Virus record (IMG/VR): IMGVR_UViG_2706794668_000011
From: a virus
Lineage: Duplodnaviria; Heunggongvirae; Uroviricota; Caudoviricetes
Reading direction: 5' to 3' (one strand)
Length of the DNA: 64,000 nt
The notes below the pieces were generated by a model that saw nothing but the letters and a program-made list of their open reading frames with translations, searched no databases and was not told the origin of the DNA. Positions 18,384-27,749 of the stretch are shown here, piece by piece (the first letter of the stretch is position 1; each line of letters opens with the position of its first letter). The position numbers were made by a program, and so were the translations under genes.

Positions 18384-18953
18384 ATGTGCGAGAAATGCAA
18401 AGCAATAGCTGATGAACAAAACGCCCTATTCGAAGAAATGGATGCTAATGAACTTGTCAAAATGTTAGCCATTCTTCGAGGAATAGAAGACGTTTCCATT
18501 TTTGAGAGAGTGGTTACAGCACTTAATTTTGAGTCCACCTTTGAAGAGCCAACTCAGGTTGTAGCTTTAGCACATCATTTCGGTGTTCATTATCTTGCTG
18601 AAAAACAGAGAGCTGATAAGTTGCAAGAGACTTTGGATATGGTGATCGAGACTCAAGGAACTCATGACAGTAACAAAAGTGAGACGATTATTGCCAGCAA
18701 AGATCGTGAAATTGCCGGGCTTAAATCCTCTCTAACGATGTTGATGTCAGCATTCAATCTGATGTCTTCTCAGGCGGGTTATAAAATGCCATCACTAAAC
18801 AGCGACGATCCGATGGTAGTTCGTCAGCTTTTAGGAGCAATGGCTGACCAACTCGACGACACAAAGAGTCGCCTTGAAGACATGATGCGTGAGTTAAGCC
18901 ATCGACATAACCTCGCAACACAGCCACACAAAGCCTTTCAAAGCTCTAATTGA
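18384..18953 (+). CDS. hypothetical protein
   Basis: 189-aa ORF with RBS aagga. Confidence 0.55.
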   Translation: MCEKCKAIADEQNALFEEMDANELVKMLAILRGIEDVSIFERVVTALNFESTFEEPTQVVALAHHFGVHYLAEKQRADKLQETLDMVIETQGTHDSNKSETIIASKDREIAGLKSSLTMLMSAFNLMSSQAGYKMPSLNSDDPMVVRQLLGAMADQLDDTKSRLEDMMRELSHRHNLATQPHKAFQSSN

Positions 18954-19007
18954 TCTGATATGGCCGCATGATCGGCCATATTATGTTGATAAAAACAAGG
19001 ATGAAAA

Positions 19008-19289
19008 ATGGCATACGGTACAGGGATCTACAATAATAAGGGAGTTAACGTTACCGGCTTCCTTACTCCTATTTTTTTTCTTGATCGATTTACAACCACG
19101 TCAGGCTCTAAGACTTACCCAAATCCACCACCTGGCAAATCATTACATGCTGTGTGCTCATTGATGCCTTTAAATAACGATAACCATGTAAATATACCTA
19201 CACCAACTATCACTATTAACGGCAATACAGTAAGTTGGTCAAATTTATACAAGGGACTTGGATCTTATATATATACATATTGGGGATAA
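19008..19289 (+). CDS. hypothetical protein in AT-rich island
   Basis: 93-aa ORF; local GC clearly below the window average. Confidence 0.35.
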   Translation: MAYGTGIYNNKGVNVTGFLTPIFFLDRFTTTSGSKTYPNPPPGKSLHAVCSLMPLNNDNHVNIPTPTITINGNTVSWSNLYKGLGSYIYTYWG

Positions 19290-19294
19290 CAATA

Positions 19295-19909
19295 ATGTTC
19301 GGGATGTCAATTACTCAGTCAAATGGTAATGTGTGGATGAGTCCAGAATTTACACCGCAAAATTTGATTAATAGGGGGACAATGTCCACGTCTAAAGGTT
19401 CTGTTTTTAAGACTTCAATACCGTCGAACAAATCATGTTTTTTCTTTATAAAAAGCAGTAATAAGGCGAATATGATGTTCGTTCATGAATTTAGAGATGG
19501 GTATAATGTTCTCAGACTGAATCAGGTTGGAGGAAACCCCGGAACGATAACAGTTTATGCTTTTTCTGATATGGTGTTACCACATTCAGGATATGGTATT
19601 GCCATGTATAATAGCGCAGGTAAAATGGTATATCACGGTGAGATGATGCCCCTTGATGCAGAGATTATCACTATTACAAATCCTCAATTTACCATAAATA
19701 TGGGATACCCGTGTGCGATAATGCCTGCAATGGTTGGAGTATATAACTATAGACGAACACCTTACGACAGACCTGTATACGTAACAATGACAGGCGCAAC
19801 GGGAAACCAAATATATAATGGTGAATGGTATTCAAGTAATGTTACATGGAATGTAAAAAAACTATATACAAATAAAGTCCTGGTTATAAATACATCCAAG
19901 TATGATTAG
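19295..19909 (+). CDS. hypothetical protein in AT-rich island
   Basis: 204 aa from ATG preceded by gggga; overlapping-frame ORF in track begins with TTG. Confidence 0.4.
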   Translation: MFGMSITQSNGNVWMSPEFTPQNLINRGTMSTSKGSVFKTSIPSNKSCFFFIKSSNKANMMFVHEFRDGYNVLRLNQVGGNPGTITVYAFSDMVLPHSGYGIAMYNSAGKMVYHGEMMPLDAEIITITNPQFTINMGYPCAIMPAMVGVYNYRRTPYDRPVYVTMTGATGNQIYNGEWYSSNVTWNVKKLYTNKVLVINTSKYD

Positions 19910-20012
19910 TCAATGCCTTTATTTTAAGTATTGCCTGTTAATTTCTATTTAGCACCTTTTTATTTTTGAAATAATTGCATCATTAAACAAATCATTTCTT
20001 AATGGTGCAATT

Positions 20013-21698
20013 ATGAATACAGCCCTTTCCATCATGGGCGATGCCAGCTCAAACACTGCTATCGACTATCGACAGGAAATGAACGTCATCCACGAAATTG
20101 TGGCCGAGTGCGAGAAAGAGATCTCCTTCATGTATCAGGTACACGACTTCGTTTATGGCGATGAACGCCACAACATGATTAATCGCCTGCTTCGACTAAA
20201 CCACCGACCAGATGAAGATCGCTCACGTTTGAATCGAGTCTGGCTGGATAACGTCGATCTGGAATGGGTGAAACAGAATATTTGGGCCGAGTACTGGAGG
20301 AAGGTTACGGATATGACTAACGTTCTGCTGATCATGCCAGCTTCCCGTCGCGACGAGTGGCGTGAGCTATTTATCGAGGGCAAGCAGGAAGTCATCAAAA
20401 CTGACAGAACCGGCTATCAGATGAAGGTTAAAGAGTTCGTTGGTGTACCGGAGTTCAAAGCAGAAACGGTCATACCAACGATGCTTAATTTGCTGAATGA
20501 CAGGCACAAATATCTCTCTGAGCGCGTGTATGGCTTGTTTAAGGCGCTGAGTCCTGCGCACAAGACAAATAAGACAAACGGTTTCAGCGAGCGTCTGATA
20601 ATCGCTGACTGCATTTCTGATTTCTGGCGTGACAGCGTTAGCGTGAACTATCGCAAAGAGGACTACATCGACGATCTGCGTGTCTTGCTTCATTTCTTCG
20701 CGCACAAAGAATTTATTACCATCAACCGCACTGCTGAGGTGCTATCAGCTGCGTATCGGGCAAACGACTGCCAGACCGGTGACTGGATGAACGTCGATGG
20801 AAATCTGATGCGCGTGAAGATGTTCAAGAACGGCAACGTTCACTTTGAAATACATCCTGACGTGGCCTGGAAGTTGAATGAGGTGCTGGCTTACAGTATG
20901 CCTGCTGCAATCCCCGCGCCATGCCGAACTGCGCCAAAAACACGGGCACCAAAGCAGTTCGGGTTAATCCAGAAGACGATCTCCGTGCCGGTTCGCACTG
21001 CGCTTCGTGACGGGCGATTGAGCAAAGACAAAGGCGTATGGTACTTCTCTGATTCAGCTCTCCAGAAGTCGCAGGTGGAAGAGCTTGAGCGCACACTGAG
21101 CTTCATTGGCGGCGTGCAGGAGAAAAAGCACTGGCAGTTCCCGTATGAGATCGGCCATACGCTAAATACGATTGTGGCTACCGGTTTAATACCGGATACA
21201 AAATCACACCAGTTCTACCCTACCCCACGCTTGATTGCTGAGTACGTTGCCAGAGCCACTGAATTGAAGCCTGGTGAGAAGCTGTTGGAGCCTCAAGCCG
21301 GACGTGGGGATCTTCTGGCCTATATTAACGCCGATCTGGAAGATGTTACCTGCATAGAAATCGCACCTCTCTTCGCTGATATCCTGCGTGGAAAAGGGTA
21401 TACGAACACGATTTGCTGCGACTTCATAAAGTGGTCTGAGGACAACGCAGGTTATCAGTTCGACAAAATCGTTATGAACCCGCCGTACTCGCTTGGTCGT
21501 CATAGAGAGCACACGCTGGCTGCGCTGGGGCATCTGAAAGTCGGCGGGCGTCTTGTAGCAGTATTGCCGGGCACTGCGCCAATACTGGACTGGATGACGA
21601 TGGATAATTACGTTTATGCCAGAGGGAAGTCGTTTACCAACGAGTTTGAAGACACAGGGATCACAGTCAGCGTATACGTTTTCAAACGCGTTAAATGA
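20013..21698 (+). CDS. DNA methyltransferase (N6-adenine or N4-cytosine type) with large N-terminal domain of unknown function
   Basis: 561 aa; C-terminal FYPTP, SAM-binding EPQAGRGDLL and catalytic MNPPYS motifs. Confidence 0.7.
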   Translation: MNTALSIMGDASSNTAIDYRQEMNVIHEIVAECEKEISFMYQVHDFVYGDERHNMINRLLRLNHRPDEDRSRLNRVWLDNVDLEWVKQNIWAEYWRKVTDMTNVLLIMPASRRDEWRELFIEGKQEVIKTDRTGYQMKVKEFVGVPEFKAETVIPTMLNLLNDRHKYLSERVYGLFKALSPAHKTNKTNGFSERLIIADCISDFWRDSVSVNYRKEDYIDDLRVLLHFFAHKEFITINRTAEVLSAAYRANDCQTGDWMNVDGNLMRVKMFKNGNVHFEIHPDVAWKLNEVLAYSMPAAIPAPCRTAPKTRAPKQFGLIQKTISVPVRTALRDGRLSKDKGVWYFSDSALQKSQVEELERTLSFIGGVQEKKHWQFPYEIGHTLNTIVATGLIPDTKSHQFYPTPRLIAEYVARATELKPGEKLLEPQAGRGDLLAYINADLEDVTCIEIAPLFADILRGKGYTNTICCDFIKWSEDNAGYQFDKIVMNPPYSLGRHREHTLAALGHLKVGGRLVAVLPGTAPILDWMTMDNYVYARGKSFTNEFEDTGITVSVYVFKRVK

Positions 21699-21719
21699 TA
21701 GGTAAATACTTACTTAATT
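21698..21719. promoter_or_regulatory. motif B copy (ataggtaaatacttacttaatt)
   Basis: Begins at the last base of the methyltransferase stop codon. Confidence 0.45.
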
Positions 21720-21759
21720 TGTGTAAGAATGTAATAACTAAACGATAAGAGAAAAACAT

Positions 21760-22065
21760 ATGAACAACCTCCAGTTAGAGCATTTTAACGTCACAGGCCA
21801 TTCTGATTTTCCTTTCAAGTTTACATTGAAAGGTTATGCAGAGGATGCGGTAGGCCAGATCATTATTGATAAAGGCATCGTTAAGTTTGAGGGGGATTTT
21901 GATGAATCCGCGAAAACATTCATAGACTTCATTGCCAAACGTTGGAGCGAGCAATGGAAAGACCTGGAAAAGCGCGCTAATGAGTTTGATCGGTTCATGG
22001 ATACAATGGATACAGCAAAAGAGGCTCTAGTTGCCAGACCACGGCCCGTATTTGTTCCGAATTGA
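21760..22065 (+). CDS. hypothetical protein
   Basis: 101-aa ORF. Confidence 0.5.
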   Translation: MNNLQLEHFNVTGHSDFPFKFTLKGYAEDAVGQIIIDKGIVKFEGDFDESAKTFIDFIAKRWSEQWKDLEKRANEFDRFMDTMDTAKEALVARPRPVFVPN

Positions 22066-22514
22066 CAGATAAGTCCAGCCTAATCTACGAAGTTAATGTA
22101 GGCGGTAATACATGGGGCGAATGCACAAGAGCTGCATACGTAAGAGCAAAAGACAATGGGGAATTAACCAGAGTTGTTACCAATCACCCAAATAATGAGC
22201 TTAAAGATCACCAAATTCGAGAACTAGTGAATGAGTTGCGGGATATTGCGGTTACGTATCACGGAACGCAGCAATTGCGGGAGAAAATTGCCAGAGCAGT
22301 GAACAACTCGCTCAAAGGTGGACAATCCCAACCGAAACGTATACGAATTACACATATAGGTGAAAACGGAACAGAAATCCCCCAATTTTCTGTTGGGGAC
22401 ATCTTTGATGTACATGGAGAAGAGTTTGGCGAGCCTCACATCACTATGCCTAGTGGCCATGTTTATTGGCTAAGAGCTATGGAGAAATATGGTGATAAAT
22501 GGGAAGTGTTATGA
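22062..22514 (+). CDS. hypothetical protein (probable TTG start coupled to upstream stop)
   Basis: 150-aa ORF with no in-frame ATG near the 5' end; TTG overlaps upstream TGA. Confidence 0.4.
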   Translation: MTDKSSLIYEVNVGGNTWGECTRAAYVRAKDNGELTRVVTNHPNNELKDHQIRELVNELRDIAVTYHGTQQLREKIARAVNNSLKGGQSQPKRIRITHIGENGTEIPQFSVGDIFDVHGEEFGEPHITMPSGHVYWLRAMEKYGDKWEVL

Positions 22515-22527
22515 GGGATGCGAAGTT

Positions 22528-23052
22528 ATGACTAAATTTGGAAAGCTGGAAGCTCATTTGCTAACTCGTAACTACCGCTATGATGTGCATCCATATAGAC
22601 AGTGGATCGATGAAAGCGAAGGAGTTGTTACATTCCCTCTATACAGGTTTGATGGGATGTTGGCCGGGTATCAGACATACAGACCAGGCGCTCCTAAGCA
22701 GCATAGCAATCCGAAGATGGCCCGGTATTTCACACGAGCGCACGGCAGACAGCTACTATGGGGAACCTATCTTCCTTTAAAAGATGGACCGATATGGATA
22801 ACTGAGTCGATTTTTAAAAGTGCAGCAGTGCACAACGCGGGCGGAAATTCGTGGGCGCTGTTAGGTTCGACTTTCTCAGCAGGATTACGTCGTCAACTGG
22901 CAATGCTGCCGTATGACTTTCGCGTAATAGGTGACAATGATGCGGCTGGTGAATCACTTGTGAAGTCTTTCGGAAAAGGTTTTGTGGCCCCGGATCTTGA
23001 CGAGCTACAACCAAATGAAGTGTCTCATTTGATTTTTAGCCATAGCCAATAA
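22528..23052 (+). CDS. hypothetical protein
   Basis: 174 aa from internal ATG. Confidence 0.45.
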   Translation: MTKFGKLEAHLLTRNYRYDVHPYRQWIDESEGVVTFPLYRFDGMLAGYQTYRPGAPKQHSNPKMARYFTRAHGRQLLWGTYLPLKDGPIWITESIFKSAAVHNAGGNSWALLGSTFSAGLRRQLAMLPYDFRVIGDNDAAGESLVKSFGKGFVAPDLDELQPNEVSHLIFSHSQ

Positions 23053-23089
23053 GCATCCCTTCTCCATTAAGGCCACTAGTTGTGGCCTT

Positions 23090-23112
23090 AAACAATTTGT
23101 TTTCTACCTTTT
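23090..23112. promoter_or_regulatory. motif A copy in reverse orientation (aaacaatttgttttctacctttt); left copy of a 23-bp direct repeat
   Basis: Identical 23-mer at 27028-27050. Confidence 0.6.
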
Positions 23113-23188
23113 CTTGTTCGAGAAAATAACGTTCCTTTGTCTGGTGCTATGTACCGATCAGTTGCACTGAGTGAGCTTCTTTCATGTA

Positions 23189-23208
23189 TACTGTGTAAAT
23201 GAACAGTA
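23189..23208. promoter_or_regulatory. LexA (SOS) box
   Basis: tactgtgtaaatgaacagta fits CTGT-N8-ACAG exactly; overlaps a plausible sigma70 promoter (ttgcac ... tgtata) 17 nt upstream of the UmuD'-like gene. Confidence 0.65.
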
Positions 23209-23224
23209 TTGAGGGCAAAACGCT

Positions 23225-23614
23225 ATGGGCTTCCCTTCTCCTGCGGCGGATTATGCTGAGAGCCGTATTTCTCTTGATCAGCAGATAATTAGACATCCTT
23301 CAGCGACCTACTTCATGAGAGCAGCTGATAGTCATCATCGTGAGGGAATATTACAGGGTGCATTGCTGGTGGTTGATTCCTCACTTACCCCGGTTGATGG
23401 TTCTCTGCTTGTATGCGCTCTGGATGGGGAATATCGCGTAAAAAGATACCGGAAGTCTCCACGTCAGCATCTGGAGGATTTAAGAACCGGTAAGAAGGAA
23501 GCATTGCCAAAGGATGACGATGGATGCACGGGCAGCAATGCCGTGTTTGGTGTGATCACTCACATTATCAACGACGCAAGAAGTGGCGAGTTTGATGATT
23601 GTCCTGTGATGTAG
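23225..23614 (+). CDS. UmuD'-like protein (pre-truncated UmuD homologue, HumD type)
   Basis: 129 aa beginning MGFPSPAADY, i.e. at the position of the UmuD Cys24-Gly25 self-cleavage site; shares HPSATYF and VFGVI motifs with UmuD; Ser/Lys dyad positions appear retained. Confidence 0.75.
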   Translation: MGFPSPAADYAESRISLDQQIIRHPSATYFMRAADSHHREGILQGALLVVDSSLTPVDGSLLVCALDGEYRVKRYRKSPRQHLEDLRTGKKEALPKDDDGCTGSNAVFGVITHIINDARSGEFDDCPVM

Positions 23615-23625
23615 GAGAACTGATT

Positions 23626-23651
23626 AGGCGGTGCAATGCACCGCCTTTTTA
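23626..23651 (+). terminator. rho-independent terminator
   Basis: aggcggtg/caccgcct hairpin followed by ttttt; lies 1 nt beyond the apbC stop on the other strand. Confidence 0.65.
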
Positions 23652-24752
23652 TCACACTGCGCGGAATGCGATTTCGCCAGGTATTACTTCACCTTGCCAA
23701 TACATTTGGGCAGCAACGCGATCTGCGAGGTCACGATAAATAGCCGTAAATTCGCTATCTGGACGACTAATAACGGTTGGTGTTCCGTTATCCAGATCTT
23801 CACGAAGAGAGATATGAAGTGGCATTTGGCCTAACAACTGCGTGTTGTATTTCTCGGCCAGTTTCTGTGCTCCACCGGTGCCAAAAATTGGCTCGTGATG
23901 ACCGCAGTTACTGCAAATATGCACACTCATGTTTTCAACGATACCCAGTACCGGCACTTCGACTTTTTCGAACATCACAATGCCTTTCTTCGCATCGATC
24001 AGCGCGATGTCTTGCGGCGTAGTTACCACAACCGCACCAGTTACAGGAATGTTCTGCGCCAGCGTCAATTGAATATCACCAGTGCCCGGTGGCATATCGA
24101 GAACGAGATAGTCCAGATCAGGCCACAGTGTTTCCTGCAACATCTGCATCAGCGCCTTGCTCGCCATCGGTCCACGCCACACCATTGCATTGTCATCGGT
24201 GACCAGATAACCAATAGAGTTGGTTGCCAGGCCATGAGACATGATAGGTGCCATGTGAGTACCGTCCGGTGAGGTTGGACGTTGGTTTTCCGCGCCCAGC
24301 ATGGTTGGAATTGATGGACCATAGATATCGGCATCCAAAATACCAACTTTCGCACCTTCAGCAGCCAAAGCCAGTGCCAAGTTTACTGCTGTGGAGGATT
24401 TACCCACGCCGCCCTTGCCTGAGCTGACGGCGATAATGTTCTTAACGCCATTAATGCCTGGTTGGTTTTTGACGCGCTTAAGCGTGGCAATGTTGTACGA
24501 CAGCTTCCAGTCAATAGCCTTTGCGCCAGTGATACGGAGCAGATCACCACTACATTGCTCTTTCAGGTCTTCAAAAGGCTTATTCCACACGAAAGGCATG
24601 ATTAGTTCGACATGCAGTGTGTCATCCATCAACGCAACATGGTGTAACGCTTTAAGCGTAGTCAAGTTGTGTTTCAGGGTTGGGTGCTGAAAATTAGCCA
24701 GCGTACCGGCTACCATTGCTCTCAGGGCATCCGGCGATTTGGACTCGCTCAT
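23652..24752 (-). CDS. apbC: Fe-S cluster carrier ATPase ApbC/Mrp, host-type
   Basis: 366 aa; very close match over the full length to enterobacterial Mrp as I remember it, including the deviant Walker A SGKGGVGKS and the CxxC motif. Confidence 0.9.
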   Translation of the reverse strand: MSESKSPDALRAMVAGTLANFQHPTLKHNLTTLKALHHVALMDDTLHVELIMPFVWNKPFEDLKEQCSGDLLRITGAKAIDWKLSYNIATLKRVKNQPGINGVKNIIAVSSGKGGVGKSSTAVNLALALAAEGAKVGILDADIYGPSIPTMLGAENQRPTSPDGTHMAPIMSHGLATNSIGYLVTDDNAMVWRGPMASKALMQMLQETLWPDLDYLVLDMPPGTGDIQLTLAQNIPVTGAVVVTTPQDIALIDAKKGIVMFEKVEVPVLGIVENMSVHICSNCGHHEPIFGTGGAQKLAEKYNTQLLGQMPLHISLREDLDNGTPTVISRPDSEFTAIYRDLADRVAAQMYWQGEVIPGEIAFRAV

Positions 24753-24909
24753 CCCGTCTCCTTTATTTTAATTTGCGCAATTGTCGCCTTGTAGTGTACT
24801 CCAGCTACGACATTTAATCATTTATGAGAAATGCTGTTATCACATGGCAGACATAAGGCCATTTTGTTACTATCAAGCCCCTTTTCACTACAAAGAAGTA
24901 ATGCCTACT

Positions 24910-26943
24910 ATGACCCAAGTCGCGAAGAAAATTCTGGTGACGTGCGCGCTGCCGTACGCTAACGGCTCAATCCACCTCGGCCATATGCTGGAGCACATCC
25001 AGGCTGATGTCTGGGTTCGTTACCAGCGAATGCGCGGCCACGAGGTTAATTTCATCTGTGCCGACGATGCCCACGGTACGCCAATCATGCTGAAAGCACA
25101 GCAGCTTGGTATCACACCGGAACAGATGATTGGCGAAATGAGTCAGGAACATCAGACTGATTTCGCAGGCTTTAACATCAGCTATGACAACTATCACTCG
25201 ACGCACAGCGAAGAGAACCGTCAGTTGTCCGAGCTTATCTACTCTCGCCTGAAAGAAAACGGTTTTATTAAAAACCGCACCATCTCACAGCTGTACGATC
25301 CGGAAAAATGCATGTTCCTGCCGGACCGTTTTGTAAAAGGCACCTGCCCGAAATGTAAATCCCCGGATCAATACGGCGATAACTGCGAAGTCTGCGGCGC
25401 GACCTACAGCCCGACTGAATTGATCGAGCCGAAATCGGTGGTTTCTGGCGCTACGCCGGTAATGCGTGATTCTGAACACTTCTTCTTTGATCTGCCCTCT
25501 TTCAGCGAAATGTTGCAGGCATGGACCCGCAGCGGTGCGTTGCAGGAGCAGGTGGCAAATAAAATGCAGGAGTGGTTTGAATCTGGCCTGCAACAGTGGG
25601 ATATCTCCCGCGACGCCCCTTACTTCGGTTTTGAAATTCCGAACGCGCCGGGCAAATATTTCTACGTCTGGCTGGACGCGCCGATTGGCTACATGGGTTC
25701 TTTCAAGAATCTGTGCGACAAGCGCGGCGACAGCGTAAGCTTCGACGAATACTGGAAGAAAGACTCCACCGCCGAGCTGTACCACTTCATCGGCAAAGAT
25801 ATCGTTTACTTCCACAGTCTGTTCTGGCCTGCCATGCTGGAAGGCAGCAACTTCCGCAAGCCGACCAACCTGTTTGTTCACGGCTATGTGACGGTGAACG
25901 GCGCGAAGATGTCCAAGTCTCGCGGCACCTTTATTAAAGCCAGCACCTGGCTGAATCATTTTGACGCTGACAGCCTGCGTTACTACTACACTGCGAAACT
26001 CTCTTCGCGCATTGATGATATCGATCTCAACCTGGAAGATTTCGTTCAGCGCGTGAATGCCGATATCGTGAACAAAGTGGTTAACCTGGCCTCCCGTAAT
26101 GCAGGCTTTATCAACAAGCGTTTTGACGGCGTGCTGACAAGCGAACTGGCTGACCCGCAACTGTACAAAACCTTTACTGATGCCGCTGAAGTGATTGGCG
26201 AAGCATGGGAAAGCCGCGAATTTGGTAAAGCTATCCGTGAAATCATGGCATTGGCTGACCTGGCTAATCGCTATGTCGATGAACAGGCTCCGTGGGTGGT
26301 GGCGAAGCAGGAAGGTCGCGATGCAGATCTGCAGGCGATTTGCTCTATGGGCATTAACCTGTTCCGCGTGCTGATGACGTACCTGAAACCGGTACTGCCG
26401 AAACTGACTGAACGTGCAGAAGCATTCCTGAATACAGAACTGACCTGGGATGGTATCCAGCAACCGCTTCTGGGCCATAAAGTGAATCCGTTCAAGGCAC
26501 TGTATAACCGTATCGATATGAAACAGGTGGAAGCACTGGTGGAAGCATCCAAAGAAGAAGTGAAAGCCACAGCTGCACCGGTAACTGGCCCACTGGCTGA
26601 CGAACCGATTCAGGAAACCATCACCTTTGACGACTTCGCCAAAGTTGACCTGCGTGTGGCGCTGATTGAAAACGCGGAGTTTGTCGAAGGTTCTGACAAA
26701 CTGCTTCGCCTGACGCTGGATCTCGGTGGTGAAAAGCGTAATGTCTTCTCAGGCATCCGTTCCGCTTATCCAGATCCACAGGCACTGATTGGTCGTCACA
26801 CCATTATGGTGGCTAACCTGGCACCACGTAAAATGCGCTTCGGTATCTCTGAAGGCATGGTGATGGCTGCCGGTCCTGGCGGGAAAGATATCTTCCTGTT
26901 AAGCCCGGATGCTGGTGCTAAACCTGGCCACCAGGTTAAGTAA
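24910..26943 (+). CDS. metG: methionyl-tRNA synthetase, host-type
   Basis: 677 aa from [10 protein letters not shown]; HLGH and KMSKS motifs, zinc knuckle CPKCK...CEVCG, C-terminal tRNA-binding domain; near-identical to E. coli MetG as remembered. The track ORF starting at 24781 is an upstream in-frame extension. Confidence 0.95.
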   Translation: MTQVAKKILVTCALPYANGSIHLGHMLEHIQADVWVRYQRMRGHEVNFICADDAHGTPIMLKAQQLGITPEQMIGEMSQEHQTDFAGFNISYDNYHSTHSEENRQLSELIYSRLKENGFIKNRTISQLYDPEKCMFLPDRFVKGTCPKCKSPDQYGDNCEVCGATYSPTELIEPKSVVSGATPVMRDSEHFFFDLPSFSEMLQAWTRSGALQEQVANKMQEWFESGLQQWDISRDAPYFGFEIPNAPGKYFYVWLDAPIGYMGSFKNLCDKRGDSVSFDEYWKKDSTAELYHFIGKDIVYFHSLFWPAMLEGSNFRKPTNLFVHGYVTVNGAKMSKSRGTFIKASTWLNHFDADSLRYYYTAKLSSRIDDIDLNLEDFVQRVNADIVNKVVNLASRNAGFINKRFDGVLTSELADPQLYKTFTDAAEVIGEAWESREFGKAIREIMALADLANRYVDEQAPWVVAKQEGRDADLQAICSMGINLFRVLMTYLKPVLPKLTERAEAFLNTELTWDGIQQPLLGHKVNPFKALYNRIDMKQVEALVEASKEEVKATAAPVTGPLADEPIQETITFDDFAKVDLRVALIENAEFVEGSDKLLRLTLDLGGEKRNVFSGIRSAYPDPQALIGRHTIMVANLAPRKMRFGISEGMVMAAGPGGKDIFLLSPDAGAKPGHQVK

Positions 26944-26963
26944 TTAAACAACCTCTCTTCGCA

Positions 26964-26990
26964 ATGCCCGGCAACACGCCGGGCATTTTC
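26964..26990 (+). terminator. rho-independent terminator downstream of metG
   Basis: atgcccggc/gccgggcat stem followed by ttt. Confidence 0.7.
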
Positions 26991-27027
26991 ATATAGACAC
27001 AATCCCTCCTGATTTACACAAGCCCTA

Positions 27028-27050
27028 AAACAATTTGTTTTCTACCTTTT
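27028..27050. promoter_or_regulatory. motif A copy in reverse orientation; right copy of the 23-bp direct repeat
   Basis: aaacaatttgttttctacctttt identical to 23090-23112. Confidence 0.6.
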
Positions 27051-27074
27051 GTTGATTGAGATAATAAGCCACAT

Positions 27075-27094
27075 AAGAAAACAACTTGTTTTGG
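27075..27094. promoter_or_regulatory. motif A copy (aagaaaacaacttgttttgg)
   Basis: 11 nt upstream of ATG 27105. Confidence 0.6.
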
Positions 27095-27104
27095 AGTAGT
27101 TGAA

Positions 27105-27404
27105 ATGTTGAACATTACCCAAGCCTACCAGGTGGCATTGATCAGTTCATCTCATACATCAGAGGAAGATGCTCGCCGATTCATGATCGCAAGCAATGAG
27201 CTGGATTGGGTTTCACAAATTGAGTACGGTTGCATTGTCCACGCCGGGTTACAGGACGATGACTGGAAAGATGAGTTGCGTCGATATGGTATATCCGAGG
27301 GTGCGATTGCGAACATTCAGAAAGTACTTGATGTAGGCTTTAACTCTGTACATTTTGATTGTGGCGCACCGGTCGTTGAAGGGCTTGAGTGCTGGCAATG
27401 GTAA
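27105..27404 (+). CDS. hypothetical protein
   Basis: 99-aa ORF with RBS ggag. Confidence 0.5.
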   Translation: MLNITQAYQVALISSSHTSEEDARRFMIASNELDWVSQIEYGCIVHAGLQDDDWKDELRRYGISEGAIANIQKVLDVGFNSVHFDCGAPVVEGLECWQW

Positions 27405-27440
27405 TCCGGCAATCGCTTCATACTAGATAACGGAGAATTT

Positions 27441-27626
27441 ATGCTTAAAGAAGACTCATATCTACTAAAGGCGCTTGAAATGAGTGGCGTTGAACCTACA
27501 GTGAAAAACGCTCACGATATCTACCTTCAGTTTTCGACAGAGCTGAAACAGCTCATAAATAAATATGGAGTGAACGACTCCAGCGTCAAAGCCATGATAG
27601 ATGATGAATTAGACCATCTCATCTAA
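27441..27626 (+). CDS. hypothetical small protein
   Basis: 61-aa ORF with RBS cggag. Confidence 0.4.
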   Translation: MLKEDSYLLKALEMSGVEPTVKNAHDIYLQFSTELKQLINKYGVNDSSVKAMIDDELDHLI

Positions 27627-27749
27627 TCAAACCGTTGATAATGGCGGTCACAATTTGATTCTTTTCTATAAGAACCCGTTGATCGCCACTACTACCCTCC
27701 CATACCAGCAATCACATCATTAAATATCAATAGGTTATGGTTGTTTATA

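Noticed and set aside
24781-24909. N-terminal extension of MetG starting at 24781
   Set aside because: Enterobacterial MetG begins MTQVAKK, which corresponds to ATG 24910. The upstream in-frame codons are the apbC-metG intergenic promoter region.
25285-26478. 397-aa minus-strand ORF inside metG
   Set aside because: It is antisense to a well-supported housekeeping gene and has no independent signals.
23090-27050. The 23-bp direct repeats as prophage attL/attR sites
   Set aside because: The repeat is a copy of the element-wide motif A found upstream of many internal genes, and no integrase is present. Recombination between regulatory cassettes is more likely than site-specific integration.
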